Below are positions 13,415 to 26,946 of a DNA stretch of 64,000 nucleotides, piece after piece (positions within the stretch are counted from its first letter, which is position 1; every line of letters starts with the position of its first letter). The translations under genes were made by a program, and so were the position numbers. Source of the stretch: Octopus bimaculoides (lineage: Eukaryota); contig NC_068984.1 of NCBI RefSeq assembly GCF_001194135.2, forward strand, positions 32,596,858 through 32,660,857. The letters are read 5' to 3'. Under the pieces are notes generated by a model that ran no database searches, was not told the origin of the DNA, and saw only the letters and a program-made list of their open reading frames with translations.

Positions 13415-13904
13415 TCCTTATGTTGTTGATAATCTTTTTTGAGACCTTCCACCTTAAAATATTCAACCTTCACTCCCTCTATCAAGGAGTTGGAATACAC
13501 CTATGAGACTGGTGTATCTAAGTCATCTTGGCCAAAACAAATAAATCTGGGTTTTCAGTTCATCCTCAAAGATCACGCAAAAATTGCTCCCCCAAAATTA
13601 TTCCATCTTCAATTCTTGCTCTCTTTTTTGCTTTACCTATCTGGTTAGTAGTATTGGAAAGAGGCATACATCTTTATTATCATTTTCAGTGGTGAAGAAG
13701 CTTATTCAGTTTTTGTATCTTCTTAATAGTATAGCTCGAAAACAATCTATAACTGAGCATTCTTTCTTGTATTTTTTTATCTTTATATTGTTCGTTGGGC
13801 CTACGGTTAACTTTTGTGCTCTTTTCTCTCATCCAAAACTGCACTTTTTCATCAAGCACAAACAAACTCTATGGGTTATTTTGGCAAGATTACTGCTTGA
13901 TCAA

Positions 13905-14060
13905 GTATGGCTGTGGGGTTAAGAAGCTTACTTTCCAGCTATGTTTCCAGGTTTGATCTCATCCCAGGATATTTTAGGCAAGTATTTTCTACCATAATAT
14001 TCAGTTGATCAAAGCCTTGAGAATAAGATTTGGTTGATGGAAACTGCATGGAGGCTTATC
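13905..14060 (+). mobile_element. Degenerate 5' half of SINE family B
   Basis: tggctgtggggttaagaagctt..ggcaagta..ttcta..caaagccttg..gatttggt.gatggaaactg matches 33091-33240. Confidence 0.6.
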
Positions 14061-15498
14061 AGAGGGACTACTACTGTTCTTGGGTGGTATATTAACCATT
14101 GCCTGGTTTAACATCATTACTCAACTCTTGGTGGGGCTTTCTTTAGAAGACACCCTTCAGTTGCAAGTATTTAGGTTGGATAACATTCTTCCTACCTTCT
14201 AAATAATCTCATTAACACTGCTCTGCTCTTCCACCTGACTATAAAATTTAGAAAAAATTCATTGATAGGATTAGTCTAAATAGATTGGAGAAAATATTAA
14301 ATTTTTCTGCATGTTCTGCACACTAAAGTTTGCCTGATTATATCAAAGCCACACAAAATAATAATACTCTTAAGTGAAAGCTTGGACAGTGTATTGATAA
14401 CAAGATTGAGAATGTAGTGTAAGGTCAAAATTTGTTGATCTTGCCTTAATGTTAATGATTTTCTTTAACCACATGCCATCCTTACACAAGGTATAGTAAT
14501 GCACGTTCTATTATAAATCTCTTATTGATTAGATTGAACCTTATTACCTCTACTCATGTGGCGATAAAGTAACAATTAGGTTGTTTATTGTGTTCACAGA
14601 ATATCTTGATAATAGTTATACTCATGGTTGTCTCTAGCAGATAGGCTGTACACCTGTTGATACTTCTTCTAAAGCACATTACAGCCTAATTAACTCAAAA
14701 GAGAAAAAGTATGAGGTACTGACATCGTAATACCTTCTAACTACTACACTTCCATGGTTATTACCTCTATTGTTAAGTGAGAAAATCAATTACATTATAT
14801 TACATAATCAGAGATGTTCATCAATTGGGGATGAGTTTTATTTACTTCTAGAGGACAGTTATAAGATTCCTTATCTCTTTTTGCTGCAATCATAAGAGGG
14901 GTTGAACACAACACTTCAAGCTAACAAACCAGCGAAAGGGTTTTTTTTTGTATGGTCATTTCACCCGCTAAAAGAAGCAAACGAATCTTCCACAAATTAC
15001 AACCATCTTAAAAATAAAAAGATGCATTGAAAAAGCTAGACTCATGTGTTCCTAAAAAAGACAAGATGAAAGTCACAGCTAAAATACTTTTAATCCTTGG
15101 CCCACTAAAGTAGTGTTGACTTGGTTAAACAGTCACTTGTTGATTTTTCAGTACTGCTATGCCCTATGATGATGAGGTGTTGCCACTCTGTGATGCTTAT
15201 TTACAGGTTCATAGTATATCTAGCATTAGAGAGTTAAGGAAGTTCTCCATAGACACAACACTGTGCCAACAAGAGTACACAAACTTCTTGGTTAATATTC
15301 CAGAATCCCTTCCAATTTGGTTTGTTCTCAATCAATAAGAGTACAATATAATAAATACATTTATAGAAGTATCCTGTAATATATTCAGTGCCACGAGTAG
15401 CATGAAGTATAGTTTATATTAGTGACAAATGCAAGTATACATGTTCTCTTGTTGGTATCTCCTAAGCATTATGCCTAGCACCTTCAGCTAGCAACATA

Positions 15499-16047
15499 CA
15501 AGAGTGGGTCAAAAAGTAATGCTATTTTGTTTAGGACAGATATAATAACCAATACAGGAACATGTATCATACATCAAAATGAAGCTGGTCCTCTGTGAAT
15601 CACACCCCTACTTCTCAACATAGTTACCGTTTCTCTCAATAGCAATGTTGCACCTTCGAATGAAAGCATATATCCCTGCCCCGTAAAATTCTGTTGACTG
15701 TTCTTTGAGACATTTCTTCACTACAGTTTTCACTTCCTTGTCACTGGACTATCATCTCTTCAGCCCCATGAAAGAGGGTTTTAGAGGCAAACATTATTCC
15801 AGTAACGAGAAAGTGAAAACTGTAGTGAAGAAGTGGCTCAAAGAACAGACAACAGAATTTTACAGGGCAGGGATACATGCTCTCATTCGAAGGTGGAACA
15901 TTGCTATTGAGAGACACAGTGACTATGTTAAGAAGTAGGGATGTGATCCACAGAATACCAGCTTCATTTTGATGTATGATACATGTTCCTGTGTTGGTAA
16001 TTATAGCTGTCCTAAACAAAATGGCATTACTTTTTGACTCACCCTCC
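15499..16047. mobile_element. Foldback mariner derivative: two inverted transposase 3' ends of about 250 bp each, flanked by TA
   Basis: TA|CAAGAGTGGGTCAAAAAGTAATGC...GCATTACTTTTTGACTCACCCTCC|TA; arms 15499-15749 and 15798-16047; plus frame gives DYHLFSPMKEGFRGKHYSSNEKVKTVVKKWLKEQTTEFYRAGIHALIRRWNIAIERHSDYVKK* (mariner C-terminus). Confidence 0.9.
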
Positions 16048-16357
16048 TACATGATACAGTGATCTTGATGCTTGCAGTAAAAAGATCTATGTTTTTCTTA
16101 TTCATTTTTATTGTCAAGTGGCCTATCTTATTGAGTGTTGCATGTCTTTGCCAAGCCCACAGTACTGTTTGAATGTTTACAACACTATTAACTCACTTAG
16201 CTGTGGCTCTCATAATGAGCTTTTCTCATACAACAAGAGACTAGCTAAACTGATGTGATATTAGTTATTCAATAACATTATTTCTTCAGAAATTATCATT
16301 TAAATTTGATACATTTCCAGCTTGCGCATTTCAATATACGTAAAAAGTTCTTTACAA

Positions 16358-16397
<40 letters not shown>

Positions 16398-18516
16398 ATA
16401 TGTTCAGTTCTTTTTCACAGAATCCTGCTAGGCAATACATTTTACTTAACTGCTTGCCTTAACTCAGAATACAGAAACATACTTTAAATTCTCATTGTCC
16501 AAAAATTAGATTCCCTCATTTAAATATTACTTGCTGCAAATAAGATTCTACTTCTCATTTTTTTTAAAATCTCATTTTCAATACTTTTTAAATCTTTATT
16601 TTTATTTTATTGAAAAGTGATCTTTTTCATTCTGTCACTTTTAAATATTACCATACAAAGTTTATTGTTTTTATATTTTCATTTTTTTCTAAAATTTTGT
16701 GTACTTTATCTATTTATTCATTTAATTCACTAAGAATTATTTTGAAAAATCTGTATATTAATTAGAATAGAATTTCCCGTTTTTCTGTTTTATTTTCCTT
16801 TTATGTTATTTCTAGTGTTTTTATCTTCAAAGACATTTTTTACTTCTCCAAAACATTTATAGAATTTCTTGAATTGTAAAGACTGTCAGTTCTATACCAT
16901 TCATTTTCATAGCACTATTTAACATTTCAATTTTGCATTCACTCAGGGTTGTCGATTTCTTCCATCTGATTCTAAATCTTCACTAAACATTTTTGAATGT
17001 TGAAATATAAAAAATAAAAACATTCATCAGAAGAGAAACAATGAAGGATTTTAAATTTAAATTTAACTTAAAAGAAAAAAAAAGATACAGATAATGTATG
17101 TCTGTATTACTAAGATAGAATATTGCTAGAGCAAATGTATGTTGATAACATGGTGCGACAGTGGTTGAACTACATGTTATAAATAAAATGTTTATGAGTT
17201 CTATCTGAAGCCAAAGATATGCTAATATGTAATAACATGACATTTGAATAACGATTTGGGGGAATATAATATTCCAAATGTAACACAGAGGATACTCAAA
17301 AGAGGAACTTGGTTATCCAAACAACACATGCTATTTTAGAAGTGGTAAAGGAGAAAATTCAGACCAGATAGAGAGACATGTAGTCATTTGGCTTTGTGTA
17401 TTTATTATTTACACAGAAATTTTATTGCTGATAGTGAAGATCACTGCTATATGAAATAACTGAAGAATATATCTATCTCCATGTAGTTAGGCTGAAAAAC
17501 TTCATTGTAGAATTGGGTGTTTGATTATACCATTACTGTTTAATTCCATTTTAGCTCTGAGGTGTGTAGCATAATAGTTAAGCAATTGGACTCTTTGATT
17601 CCTGGTCTGGGAAGTATGTTGTATCATTGTGCTAGGTACTTTATTTCGTGTTTCTCCATATCGCTCAGTTGGCATAAATGGGTATTAAGATTGACAAGGC
17701 ACCTGGTCTGTGTCAAATTAGCAAAGCAACATTAATGAGTCAGTGGTATGATAAATAACTTTTTTGGCATCAAGATCAGTACAACCAGCAGTAGACTGTC
17801 ATATCATATCTGTATGCTTTTAGTCATGTTTAAGCACATATGATCAAAAGCATTCCAGCCATGATCGTTCTACCCTTTATACTGTCATAATGTATGTAGG
17901 ACTATACCATTCAATGTGTCATTCTTTACATTTTAAGATGTTGTGCTATGATTCGAAGAAGAATAAATGACTATTTCTAGCAGGTTCAGTGACCATATAG
18001 AAGCTCACCTCTATGATTCTTACAGTTGCAACTTTGATTATTAATTCTTATTCCACCAACTTCACCACCACCACCACCACCACCATCATCAATTTATCTC
18101 TCAGTAGATTCAACTGAAATAAAAACTAATTAGATGGCCTCAAACCTCAACTTTATCCCCCAAAGATATTACAAACAATTCTTCCTTGCGGAATAAACAC
18201 TACTGAACATTTATGTAAAATAAAAACAATGCCCGTTTTAATGGTAATGGTAATTGAGGTAAAACATACAATTGCTGGTAGACAGAAAATGAAGTTGTCT
18301 GTATAATAGTACAAATAAAAAAAATTAAAGGCTCTATTTTGATTTTGATTATTATTAATTTCTGGAAAAACATGGAAGATCAACATTGCATTGTAGATGA
18401 CTCTAGAAAAACAAGTTGATCTATATTTTAAAGATCATTGGTGTCAAGAACTTTTTTTCTTATTAACCTTACACTTTATTTATAGAACATATTACTGCCT
18501 CTTTGTCTGTCTGTCC

Positions 18517-18555
<39 letters not shown>

Positions 18556-18679
18556 CTTCACTCTCTGTCTCTGTCTCTTTCTGTATACATATACACTTAC
18601 ATACATACATACATGCATACATACATAATATATATATATATATATTNNNNNNNNNNGTTAGTTGTTATAATGTGAATGT

Positions 18680-19674
18680 TTAATATTTAGTAGACATACC
18701 TCATGCATTTTTCAATGCAAGGACCCTATTAGGCATGTTACTGATCAAATGGTGAATATTCTCTTGCGGAATTTCTTACTAAGTTTCATGCAATAATCTC
18801 AAAAGATCTGGCTTTGAAGATGCTTTCTGGTTCTGTCTATGAAATGTCTTGTCCATTATGCTCCAGAGGTGTTCTATAGGGTTTATATCTGGTGATTGGC
18901 TTGGCTATGGAAGCTTTCTAATGCCATTCTTTTCCAACAAATCTTGGGTCATTTTAACAGCGTGACAAAGAATCCCATCTTCCATAAATAGAGAGTCTTC
19001 TTTAATCATTTCACCACTGGAGAAGTTTGGAAGGAGTCCTTTCTGCAATATGGACACATATTTATTTGTGTTTATCTTTCCCTCACACTCTACCAGCTCT
19101 GATCAACCATTGTTCCAAATTGTTCCCCAGACCAGAATAGCTGCTGCTTTTCATTGCTGGTTGCAATCTTTTCACATCAAATTCTTAATCACAGAGTCTC
19201 CAGACACACACTTGATCACTGTTAGGAAATGCAGCAAATCTGGACTCATCAGAGAATGACAGTGTCTCAAAATCCTAATGGCCTCTCCACCATCTCACTG
19301 GCCCAATCTTTTCTCCGCTTTATATTGGCTGGTCAAAGATGTGGCTTCCTTCTTCCTGCTCTGCCATAGTAACCAAGTTTGTGGAGATACCTGACATCTG
19401 TTCTGGGACTGACATCTACTTGCTCTGCTATGTCAGAAGTCTTGCAACAAGGATTACCCTCCACACTTCTCTTAGTAAAGAGAAGGGTCCTGTCAGAGGG
19501 TACTGGTTGATCTGGACAAGGTAATGTTGACTCCTTCCCCTCTTTGATGAATTGCACAATCACTCTATTAACTGTAGAAAGTGGGATCCCAAAGTTTTCT
19601 GTGATTTTACGCTGACTATATCCACCTTCAGAATGACCCACAATACGGTCTCTTTGAAATTCAGACAGTTCCAA
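18680..19674 (-). pseudogene. Tc1-family (DD34E) transposase, full-length but disrupted
   Basis: N-terminal HTH ([28 protein letters not shown]), GRRKP linker, FSDESRF, FMEDG, 34 residues to NPIEHLW, C-terminus NMPNRVLALKNA*GMSTKY*; several stops and frameshifts. TIR-like GGTGTCTATTTACTTTTAACATGTGTG at about 19780-19810; other end abuts gap 18647-18656. Confidence 0.92.
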
Positions 19675-20804
19675 GGCATGATTAATCAGTCACATATAGA
19701 ATCTGAAACATAAAAATGTCAATTAATAAGAAATCTAAACATTTACAAATTAGAATAAACAGAAAACGATGTTTTATGGGGGTGTCTATTTACTTTTAAC
19801 ATGTGTGTGTATATATATTAGAGTGATATCATATGAGATTATATATGATGAATAACACAATGTATACCATCTGAAATCTTTGAAAGTTGAGGTAAGACAT
19901 ATTATGTGAAGTAGTAATTGGAAAAGACATTTTATAGAACCAGATTCAATACATATCTACCAAAATACTTTTTCTGTATAGTCAGAAATAAGGATAGTCT
20001 ATTGCACAAGCATTCTGAACAGTTTGTCATTGAGTAATACTTTAGTGGAACAATAAATATGATTATAACAGATGCACAAGTAACCTAGAAAGGGTTGTAA
20101 AAATGAATGACACAACGTAACTGTGTATATAAGAGTTAAATGAAAAGTTAATTGTCAGATATGCCAAACTGTGAGATACATAGCTATTAGAATTTTATCA
20201 ATACTCTGTTGAATGGATCAGTATTAGAAGGTGATGCAATTTTAAAATATAGCATGACGAGATTTGTAATGATATGGTTGTGCAAAAGTTTGTTAGAAGT
20301 GATACAGCATATTTTCCATTAATGAAAATGAAAAAGAAAATGATGTAATATGGATGAGATAAAGAGAATCAAATCTCATCAAAGCTATACATATCAGTAT
20401 CAATATTGTAATGCAAATCATAGCGTGAAAAATTGACAATGATGATTCTGATGAGAAAGATTATGATCAAGGTAGCATATCTAACATTCAGAATTCAATA
20501 CATGGTTGATCAAAAGGATTTCTTTCAGTTGACTAAATTTAGTAAATCATGAATATATCCCACTACGAGGAAATGTGTCAATGATCAGGTAACAGAAATG
20601 TAATGGAACTATTTAGCCCTAACAATCTCTTCAAATGCTGGATCTCATTTCCACCAACGATCTCTTCTGGTGAAAGACCATGAATAACTGCATCACAATA
20701 ATTGGACGTTCTCTGTAGGATTAGAAGATACATCAGCCACCAACAAATCTTGATACCCAATAATGCTCTGGTGAAACCAGCAATAGAGTATTGCTTTCAC
20801 GTTC

Positions 20805-20915
20805 AGGATGCTGCTGCTGCTATTGTTGTTACTGCTACTGCTGTTGTTATTGCCACTGCTGTTGCCACTGCTGCTGCCACTGCTGCCACCACTGCTGCTG
20901 TCCCTGCTGCTGTGC
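20805..20915. repeat. (GCT)n/(GCCACT)n degenerate trinucleotide repeat
   Basis: Direct reading. Confidence 0.85.
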
Positions 20916-21049
20916 TCATAGACACACTTCAGCTTCTGGCTCAAAGATGTGATGTCTTTTCTCTGTCTTTTCTGCCATTGCTATAATGGCCTTTGCTTCT
21001 TGGAGCCAGCAGTCCTCGTTTTATCACCACACTTGTCCTGTCCAACTAC

Positions 21050-21430
21050 CACCACCACCATCATCATTTAACCTCTGTTTTCCATGCTGGCATGGGTTGG
21101 CCAGCTTGACAGGAATTGGCAAGGCTGGGGGCTGCACCAGGTTCTATCGTCTGTTTTAGTTTGGTTTCTACAGCTGGATGACCTTCCTAATGCCAACCAC
21201 TTTACAGAGTATCCTGGATGCTTTTTATGCAGCACCATCACTAATGTAAATCTTTTAACCCAAAACAGCTTGAGTTCAGCCAGCAAGCTTCTGTGCAATT
21301 TAAAACTTCAAAATTTTATTCACAAGAATTGAGTTCATCACAAGAGACATTTGCACAAAATGCCACATGATAGGATTGAACCTAAACACAATGGCAAAAT
21401 CAATTTCTTAACCACACTGGCATGGCTACG
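21050..21430 (-). mobile_element. SINE-like element: tRNA-type head (about 21340-21430) plus (GAT)n-tailed 3' segment
   Basis: Minus has GGTTCAATCC B-box-like motif; 21060-21250 is the reverse complement of the 13175/22940 family. Confidence 0.55.
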
Positions 21431-22939
21431 CCCATAAATGCTTGCAAGCTGATTGGTGCTGCTAGACTGATTTAACCTATTCAATAGTCATATACCAAGC
21501 AAATGCAACATGGGATACAAATCTTGCTATAAGTAAAATGTTGTTTCTTTAAGATTATGGATATGCTAAATATATTATTAAATACATCAATGAAATTATT
21601 GATATATTTAATTATTGATATATTTTACTATTTGTTGTTCTTCCAGTGCATAATTAACAATCATTGTTACATCTTTTCCTTCCCCAACAAAATAAAAGCA
21701 GTGAAAGGAAACAAACTAAAATTAATATGTCAAAATATGGGAAATTGTAACAACCATTAATTCTTTGTTATTTTACGATAAATTCTTCATTAGAGATTAA
21801 TGATAAAAGTCTAAAGTAATTAAAACACACTATTGAATCGAAATTATGCATTGTTTTTTCATAGAATTTCCTTCCAAAATGGAGATAAATTTATCCATAA
21901 TTATTAATTAAAGAATTTCAATCAGAAATTATCTATGAATGTTTTCAAAATAGATTAAAATAAAATATTAAGAAAAAATGATTAAGAAAAAAGGAATATT
22001 GAAGTAATATGTTTCTATTTATTAAATGTGAATACGTATACATAGTGAAAAAGTAATAACTGCAATTGAAGACAATGATGGTGATGATCTTTATTTATTA
22101 GCCACAAGATCCTATAGAGATGTGAAAAAGCATTAACTAAAGGGCTTACACAGAAAATAAATGGTGTGGGATTGATAAGTTATAAAAAGACAAGAAGTGA
22201 AGTGAAAGACGTTACACTGTATATAAATATATGAATTAGAATTTTAAAACACAAATATTTGCATGGAAATAAAGGTGTATGATAAAACACACAGTAAGTA
22301 AAATGAGATACCTTTAAGAAGAAATAAAATATGAAAACTTATTAACTAGATTGGCTTATAGCACTCTACAGCTTAGCCTGCCTGACTGCTTGCCCACCAT
22401 CACTTGTATTGTCATACTATGCACCTAACACTTTTTGAGTTCGAAGGGACTGCAACACATCCAAGTCTTTAGAGTATCACTGCTTTTAGATAATTAGATA
22501 ATTAAAGTCTCTTTTGTTTATACTAACAACCTATTTTTACATGTTTTCTGTATTCCAAACTTAACTGTGCATTTGTTATTGTAAATTCATCAGAATATCC
22601 ATGGTATCACAGATATGTGACTTTATCAATTATCTGTTGGTTTCACTTGAAAAGATGGTGGATCTCAGCTTTTCTTTCATCTCTTCATCTTCATTGTTTT
22701 CTGAGGTGGAATATCTTTTTAATTTGAAGAAATTATTCCTCCTCACCAATCTTATCTGTTTTATTCTACCTATAATTTTTATGGCGGAGGTGCTTTTTTT
22801 TTTTTTCATAATCACTGACATCCAGCTAAGTAAGATCGCTGTCATCCATACCTACAGGTTTGTCCTTTACAAGAACTAGTGCCATGTAAAATGCATTCAC
22901 TCTGGTGCTGCATAAATGCACTCATGCTAGTGGCTCATA

Positions 22940-23150
22940 AAAAGCACCCAGTAAACTGTAAAGTGGTTGGCATTAAGAAGGGCATCCTACTGTAGAAAGA
23001 ATGTTACAACAGACAATTGGAGTCTGGACAGCTCCCCAGCAGACTAGCTCATATCAAACTGTTCAATATATGCCAGCAGGGAAAACAGAAATGATGATGA
23101 TGATGATGAAGATGATGATGATGATGATGATGACGATGATCTTGATGATG
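22940..23150 (+). mobile_element. (GAT)n-tailed retroposon 3' segment, same family as 13175
   Basis: gcacccagtaaactgtaaagtggttggcattaagaagggcatcc..atgccagcagggaaaacaga(atg)n. Confidence 0.6.
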
Positions 23151-24049
23151 ATTTCACTCAGCATCTTGTGCACTTTCCTCTGTGCACATTATCTCTTCAT
23201 AACATGACAACAAGGTTGGCTACTACTGTTAGGTGATGTTTCATTTGCTTCTAGATCTGAGTACAAAATGAATTTCCCCACTGTTTATGGAGCTTTAAGC
23301 AATGGTATGTTAGAAACCAGGGCTTGTTACTTTGATTCTGTCTCAGATGGTCTCCATTACTTTCCTTTCTTGTTTCCTTAGTCTGTGCATCTCAACTGAG
23401 CAAAAGGCTCTGGAGTGGTTCTTACTACTACAAATATATCAACTAAGCTTTTTGTTTTGTACCATCAACCCCATGATCTTTTGTCTTGATGCCTTCATCT
23501 GAGCACAGTTACAATATGGTTTTATGCACTTCAAGAGACATTAAAACTTGGAAATCCATTTTTATTGCTCCTGGCAACGTGTCTCATCTATTGTCAACCC
23601 TACTTTAATCACCTGCCCAAACTGCTAAACAAAAGTGATTGCCAACTATGCATCCACATCGTTTTCAAAGTGTTTTATGATCACTTCTGTATTTCTTTGC
23701 CCTGTATATAGGGCTGAGTCTTCAGTTTTAAAATTGCAGCATACAGTGCCATAACGTTTGTGATTATTTTTTGTTTTAGAGAATATCTCATGAGGTATCC
23801 TGGAGTGCTTATAGTTGCTATCATAAGGTTATAGGTGCATTCCAGAAGTTTTGAGGCCCTTTTTAGGGAGAGGCAGTTATATCTGTTCTAGGTTATTTTA
23901 ATTTTAATATATCATTACTAAACATCTAATAAGTTGGTCTGTCAACTTTTTATTCAAGATTAAAAGAGACGGATGTGCCTGTATTTTGAACACACCCTAT
24001 TAAATACTGTTTGTCACTGTTGACTCATTTGCAGTAAGTTGTCAAGACT

Positions 24050-24925
24050 TGAAGGCAATTGGAAGCTTGCTTTGCAATAAAGTTTTGTGCTAAACTGGGC
24101 AAAAATGCTACAGAAACATGAAATGCTTCAGACTGCTTACTGATTAACTTATATGAGCCAAGCTTATAGATTAAGTTGCTTTACGTTGGCACAAGAAGTT
24201 CAAGGATGGCAGAGAGGAGCTGAGTGGCAATGAAAGGTGTAGGAGGGAGAGAGATTTCAGAATACTAGAAGTAGTTGAGAAAATTCACAATTTCCTGGAT
24301 GCAAACCTTTGTGTGATTATGAAGACAATAAGCACACAGTTTGGAGTTGGTGTGAAAACTGTACACAAAATTATTCATGAAGATCTGAACATGTGCAAAT
24401 TTATGTGTGGTATGTTCCCAGAGTGCTTAGTAATTAACAGAAGAGATGTGCTGATGATAGTAGGAAAATTTAATTACTTCCAATCCAAATTTACTTGGGT
24501 CTCTGATAGCCTGAGACAAAAAAGGGATCTACAATTATGATCTAGAGACCAAGAGAAGAGTGCTCCATGCAAGAATCCTGACTTCCCCAGATCCAAGAAG
24601 GCCAAGGTAAAGCAAGTCTACTGGGAAGCTCATGATGTGCCTCATTTTCAACAGCAAGGGCATCATCTACATCTACTGGGTTTCCTCAGGTCAGACTGTC
24701 AACAAAAAGTACATTGTGGAAGTTTTTAAGGAATTCAAGAAGAGGGTTTCACCGTAAAAAGCCAGAGCTCTTCCACTCAGGTCAGTAGCACCTGCTCCAG
24801 GACAATGCACCAGTCCACAATCCAATCCTGGTGACCAAAAACAGATGGGCATCAAAACTCTCCCTCATCCTCCCTAGAGTCTTGACCTTGCTCCCTGTGA
24901 CTTTTGGTTGTTCCTCCAGGCTGAA
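24050..24925 (+). pseudogene. Mariner transposase relic
   Basis: Frameshifted motifs AIKFCAKLGKNATET, WHKKFKDGREE, IIHEDLNM, YD.ETKRR..PRSKKAK, GQTVN, QDNAPVH, SLDLAPCDFWLF. Confidence 0.85.
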
Positions 24926-25519
24926 GTAAGACAACCTGGTTTTGCAAAATTCTCCTGAATACTTTTTTTATTTTTCCTTTGGAACTGTCTTAAGCCTAAA
25001 AATTATACTTTTTTTGTATTAGAATGAAAGCAAGATTAACTTTAACACAGCCATTATGTGAGTTAAAATATCTGGTTGTGCAAGTGTTTCTATTGTTGCT
25101 GTTATTTTCACTAGCTACAAAATTACTTACTTGACAGTTTGGAATATTTTTCTAATTAAAGTACTCATCTATCTTCCTTTTGTTCATTTAGTTTTTAATT
25201 TATTTTTATGCCTTTCTTTGTTTACTCATTTAAATTTTGTCATGTACTGTGTTTGTGCCCGATAGTTGCTCTGAATTTTAAAATGTTGCAAGTGTAAACT
25301 AATAAGATAAAGTTTGCAAAATTAGGCAAATACTTTTTGTTTCTACGTTCAGAAAGGTTTCCTCTGGTAACTGAAAATTTTAGCAAATATTCCAAAGAAT
25401 CGCAGCAGGATTTCAGTTTAGGATGTAATGATCCAGATAAGGCCTGCAGAGCATTTTATCTAAAGCTCTAACAAGTCTGCCAAGCCACCAACCTATTAAT
25501 AAACATAACACTATAAATA

Positions 25520-25538
25520 AAGATAATAATAATGATGA

Positions 25539-25572
<34 letters not shown>

Positions 25573-25641
25573 GGTGGTGGTGGTGGTGATGATGAGGAGG
25601 AGGAGAAGAAGAAGAAGAAGAAGAAGAAGAAGAAGAAGAAG

Positions 25642-25672
<31 letters not shown>
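25520..25672. repeat. Compound microsatellite (AAT)(GAT)(GGT)(GAT)(GAG)(AAG)
   Basis: Direct reading; explains the poly-M/V/R and poly-F/S/P pseudo-ORFs. Confidence 0.95.
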
Positions 25673-25675
<3 letters not shown>

Positions 25676-26210
25676 TGGGTGCTAGAGAGAGGTAAGACAT
25701 GGTATGAGCACAAACTGCAGGGAGTGACGGAGTCAGAGATTAGCAAAATCCTCTGGGATTTCTTAATCCAAACAAATCAGGTGCGAGAGCATAACAGACC
25801 AAATCTAGTTTTCATCAACAAGATGCACCACATGTGCCATATAGTTGATATTGTATGTCCATTTGACCCACAAATAGTCAAGAAGGAAGGCAAAAAAATA
25901 AATAATTACAACCCAGCTATGGAAATAGCCAGGTGAAAGTAGGGCCAATTTTTGTTGGGTCCTTGGAGACAGTATCAAAAGGCGTCAAAAGGAATTTATA
26001 GGAAATTGAAATAGAGTTCTCAGTAGAACTGTTACAAAAGGTTTGCCTCCTTGGCATGGTCAGAATCATCAGGAAAGTATTACATAGTTGAAAAGAATGG
26101 ATTAGCATGATACCATAAGCTGCAGGTAGCAATCCTGGTATGCATGCAAGACACCAGGAGTTCCAACAAAACCTGTTATAAAAATAAATAACAATAATAA
26201 TAATAATTAT
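25673..26210 (+). mobile_element. 5'-truncated non-LTR retrotransposon of R4/Dong type (restriction-like endonuclease domain, 3' UTR, (AAT)n tail)
   Basis: WYEHKLQGVTESEISKILWDFLIQTNQVREHNRPNLVFINK..CHIVDIVCPFD..KE; then GSLETVSK..LLQKVCLLGMVRIIRKVL*; matches the RLE (RPD..D..KE..KY) C-terminus. Confidence 0.85.
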
Positions 26211-26566
26211 GATTTCAAATTTTGACACAAGGCTGGCAATTTCGGGAGAGGGGCTTCATTTACTCTTTTTCTCTTTTTCTTCTTGTAATTGATTTCCATC
26301 CTTGCATATATATGGAGGTAGAGAAGTTAGAAAGGGTAATTTGCCATTTTATGCTTTTTGTTCCTGACACAAAGGGACCTCACTTGCCATCTCCACACTA
26401 ACAGAATGTTCCCTGACATCGTTTGCCAAAACAGATTTTTTATTTACTCTCTTTGGAACAACAGAAACAAAAACAGCAACAAAAACAATTAAATTTATCC
26501 CATACATGGTAAACATATAATTTCGTTTTATGAACTGGGAGCAAGTAGCAATGTATGAACAACTTC

Positions 26567-26946
26567 GTGGAGGTGCAATGGCCCAGTGGTTAGGGCAGCC
26601 GACTCGCAGTCATAGGATCGTGGTTTCGATTTCCAGACCAGACGTTGTGAGTGTTTATTGAGCGAAAACACTTAAAGCTCCACGAGGCTCCAGCAGGGGA
26701 TGGTGGCGAACCCTGCTGTACTCTTTCACCACAGTTTTCTCTCACTCTTTCTTCCTGTTTCTGTTGTATCTGTATTTCAAAGGGGTCAGCCTTGTCACAC
26801 TGTGTCACGCTGAATATCCCCAAGAACTACGTTAAGGGTACATGTGTCTGTGGAGTGCTCAGCAACTTGCACGTTAATTTCACGAGCAGGCTGTTTCCGT
26901 TGATCGGATGAACTGGAACCTTCGACGTTGTGCCAACAACAACAAC
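26567..26946 (+). mobile_element. Full-length tRNA-derived SINE (family A) with 12-bp TSD
   Basis: A box TGGCCCAGTGG, B-box-like GGTTTCGATTTCC, (CAA)n tail; TSD ATGAACAACTTC at 26555-26566 and 26947-26958. Confidence 0.9.

Noticed and set aside
15210-15341. 43-codon open frame after acceptor tttacag (VHSISSIRELRKFSIDTTLCQQEYTNFLVNIPESLPIWFVLNQ*)
   Set aside because: No good donor, no recognisable homology; compatible with chance
20578-21000. Overlapping ORFs around the (GCT)n tract
   Set aside because: Repeat-driven; frames close quickly and no family motif is recognised
25532-25672. Poly-M/V/R N-terminus of the 134-aa ORF
   Set aside because: Compound microsatellite fused in frame to the LINE fragment
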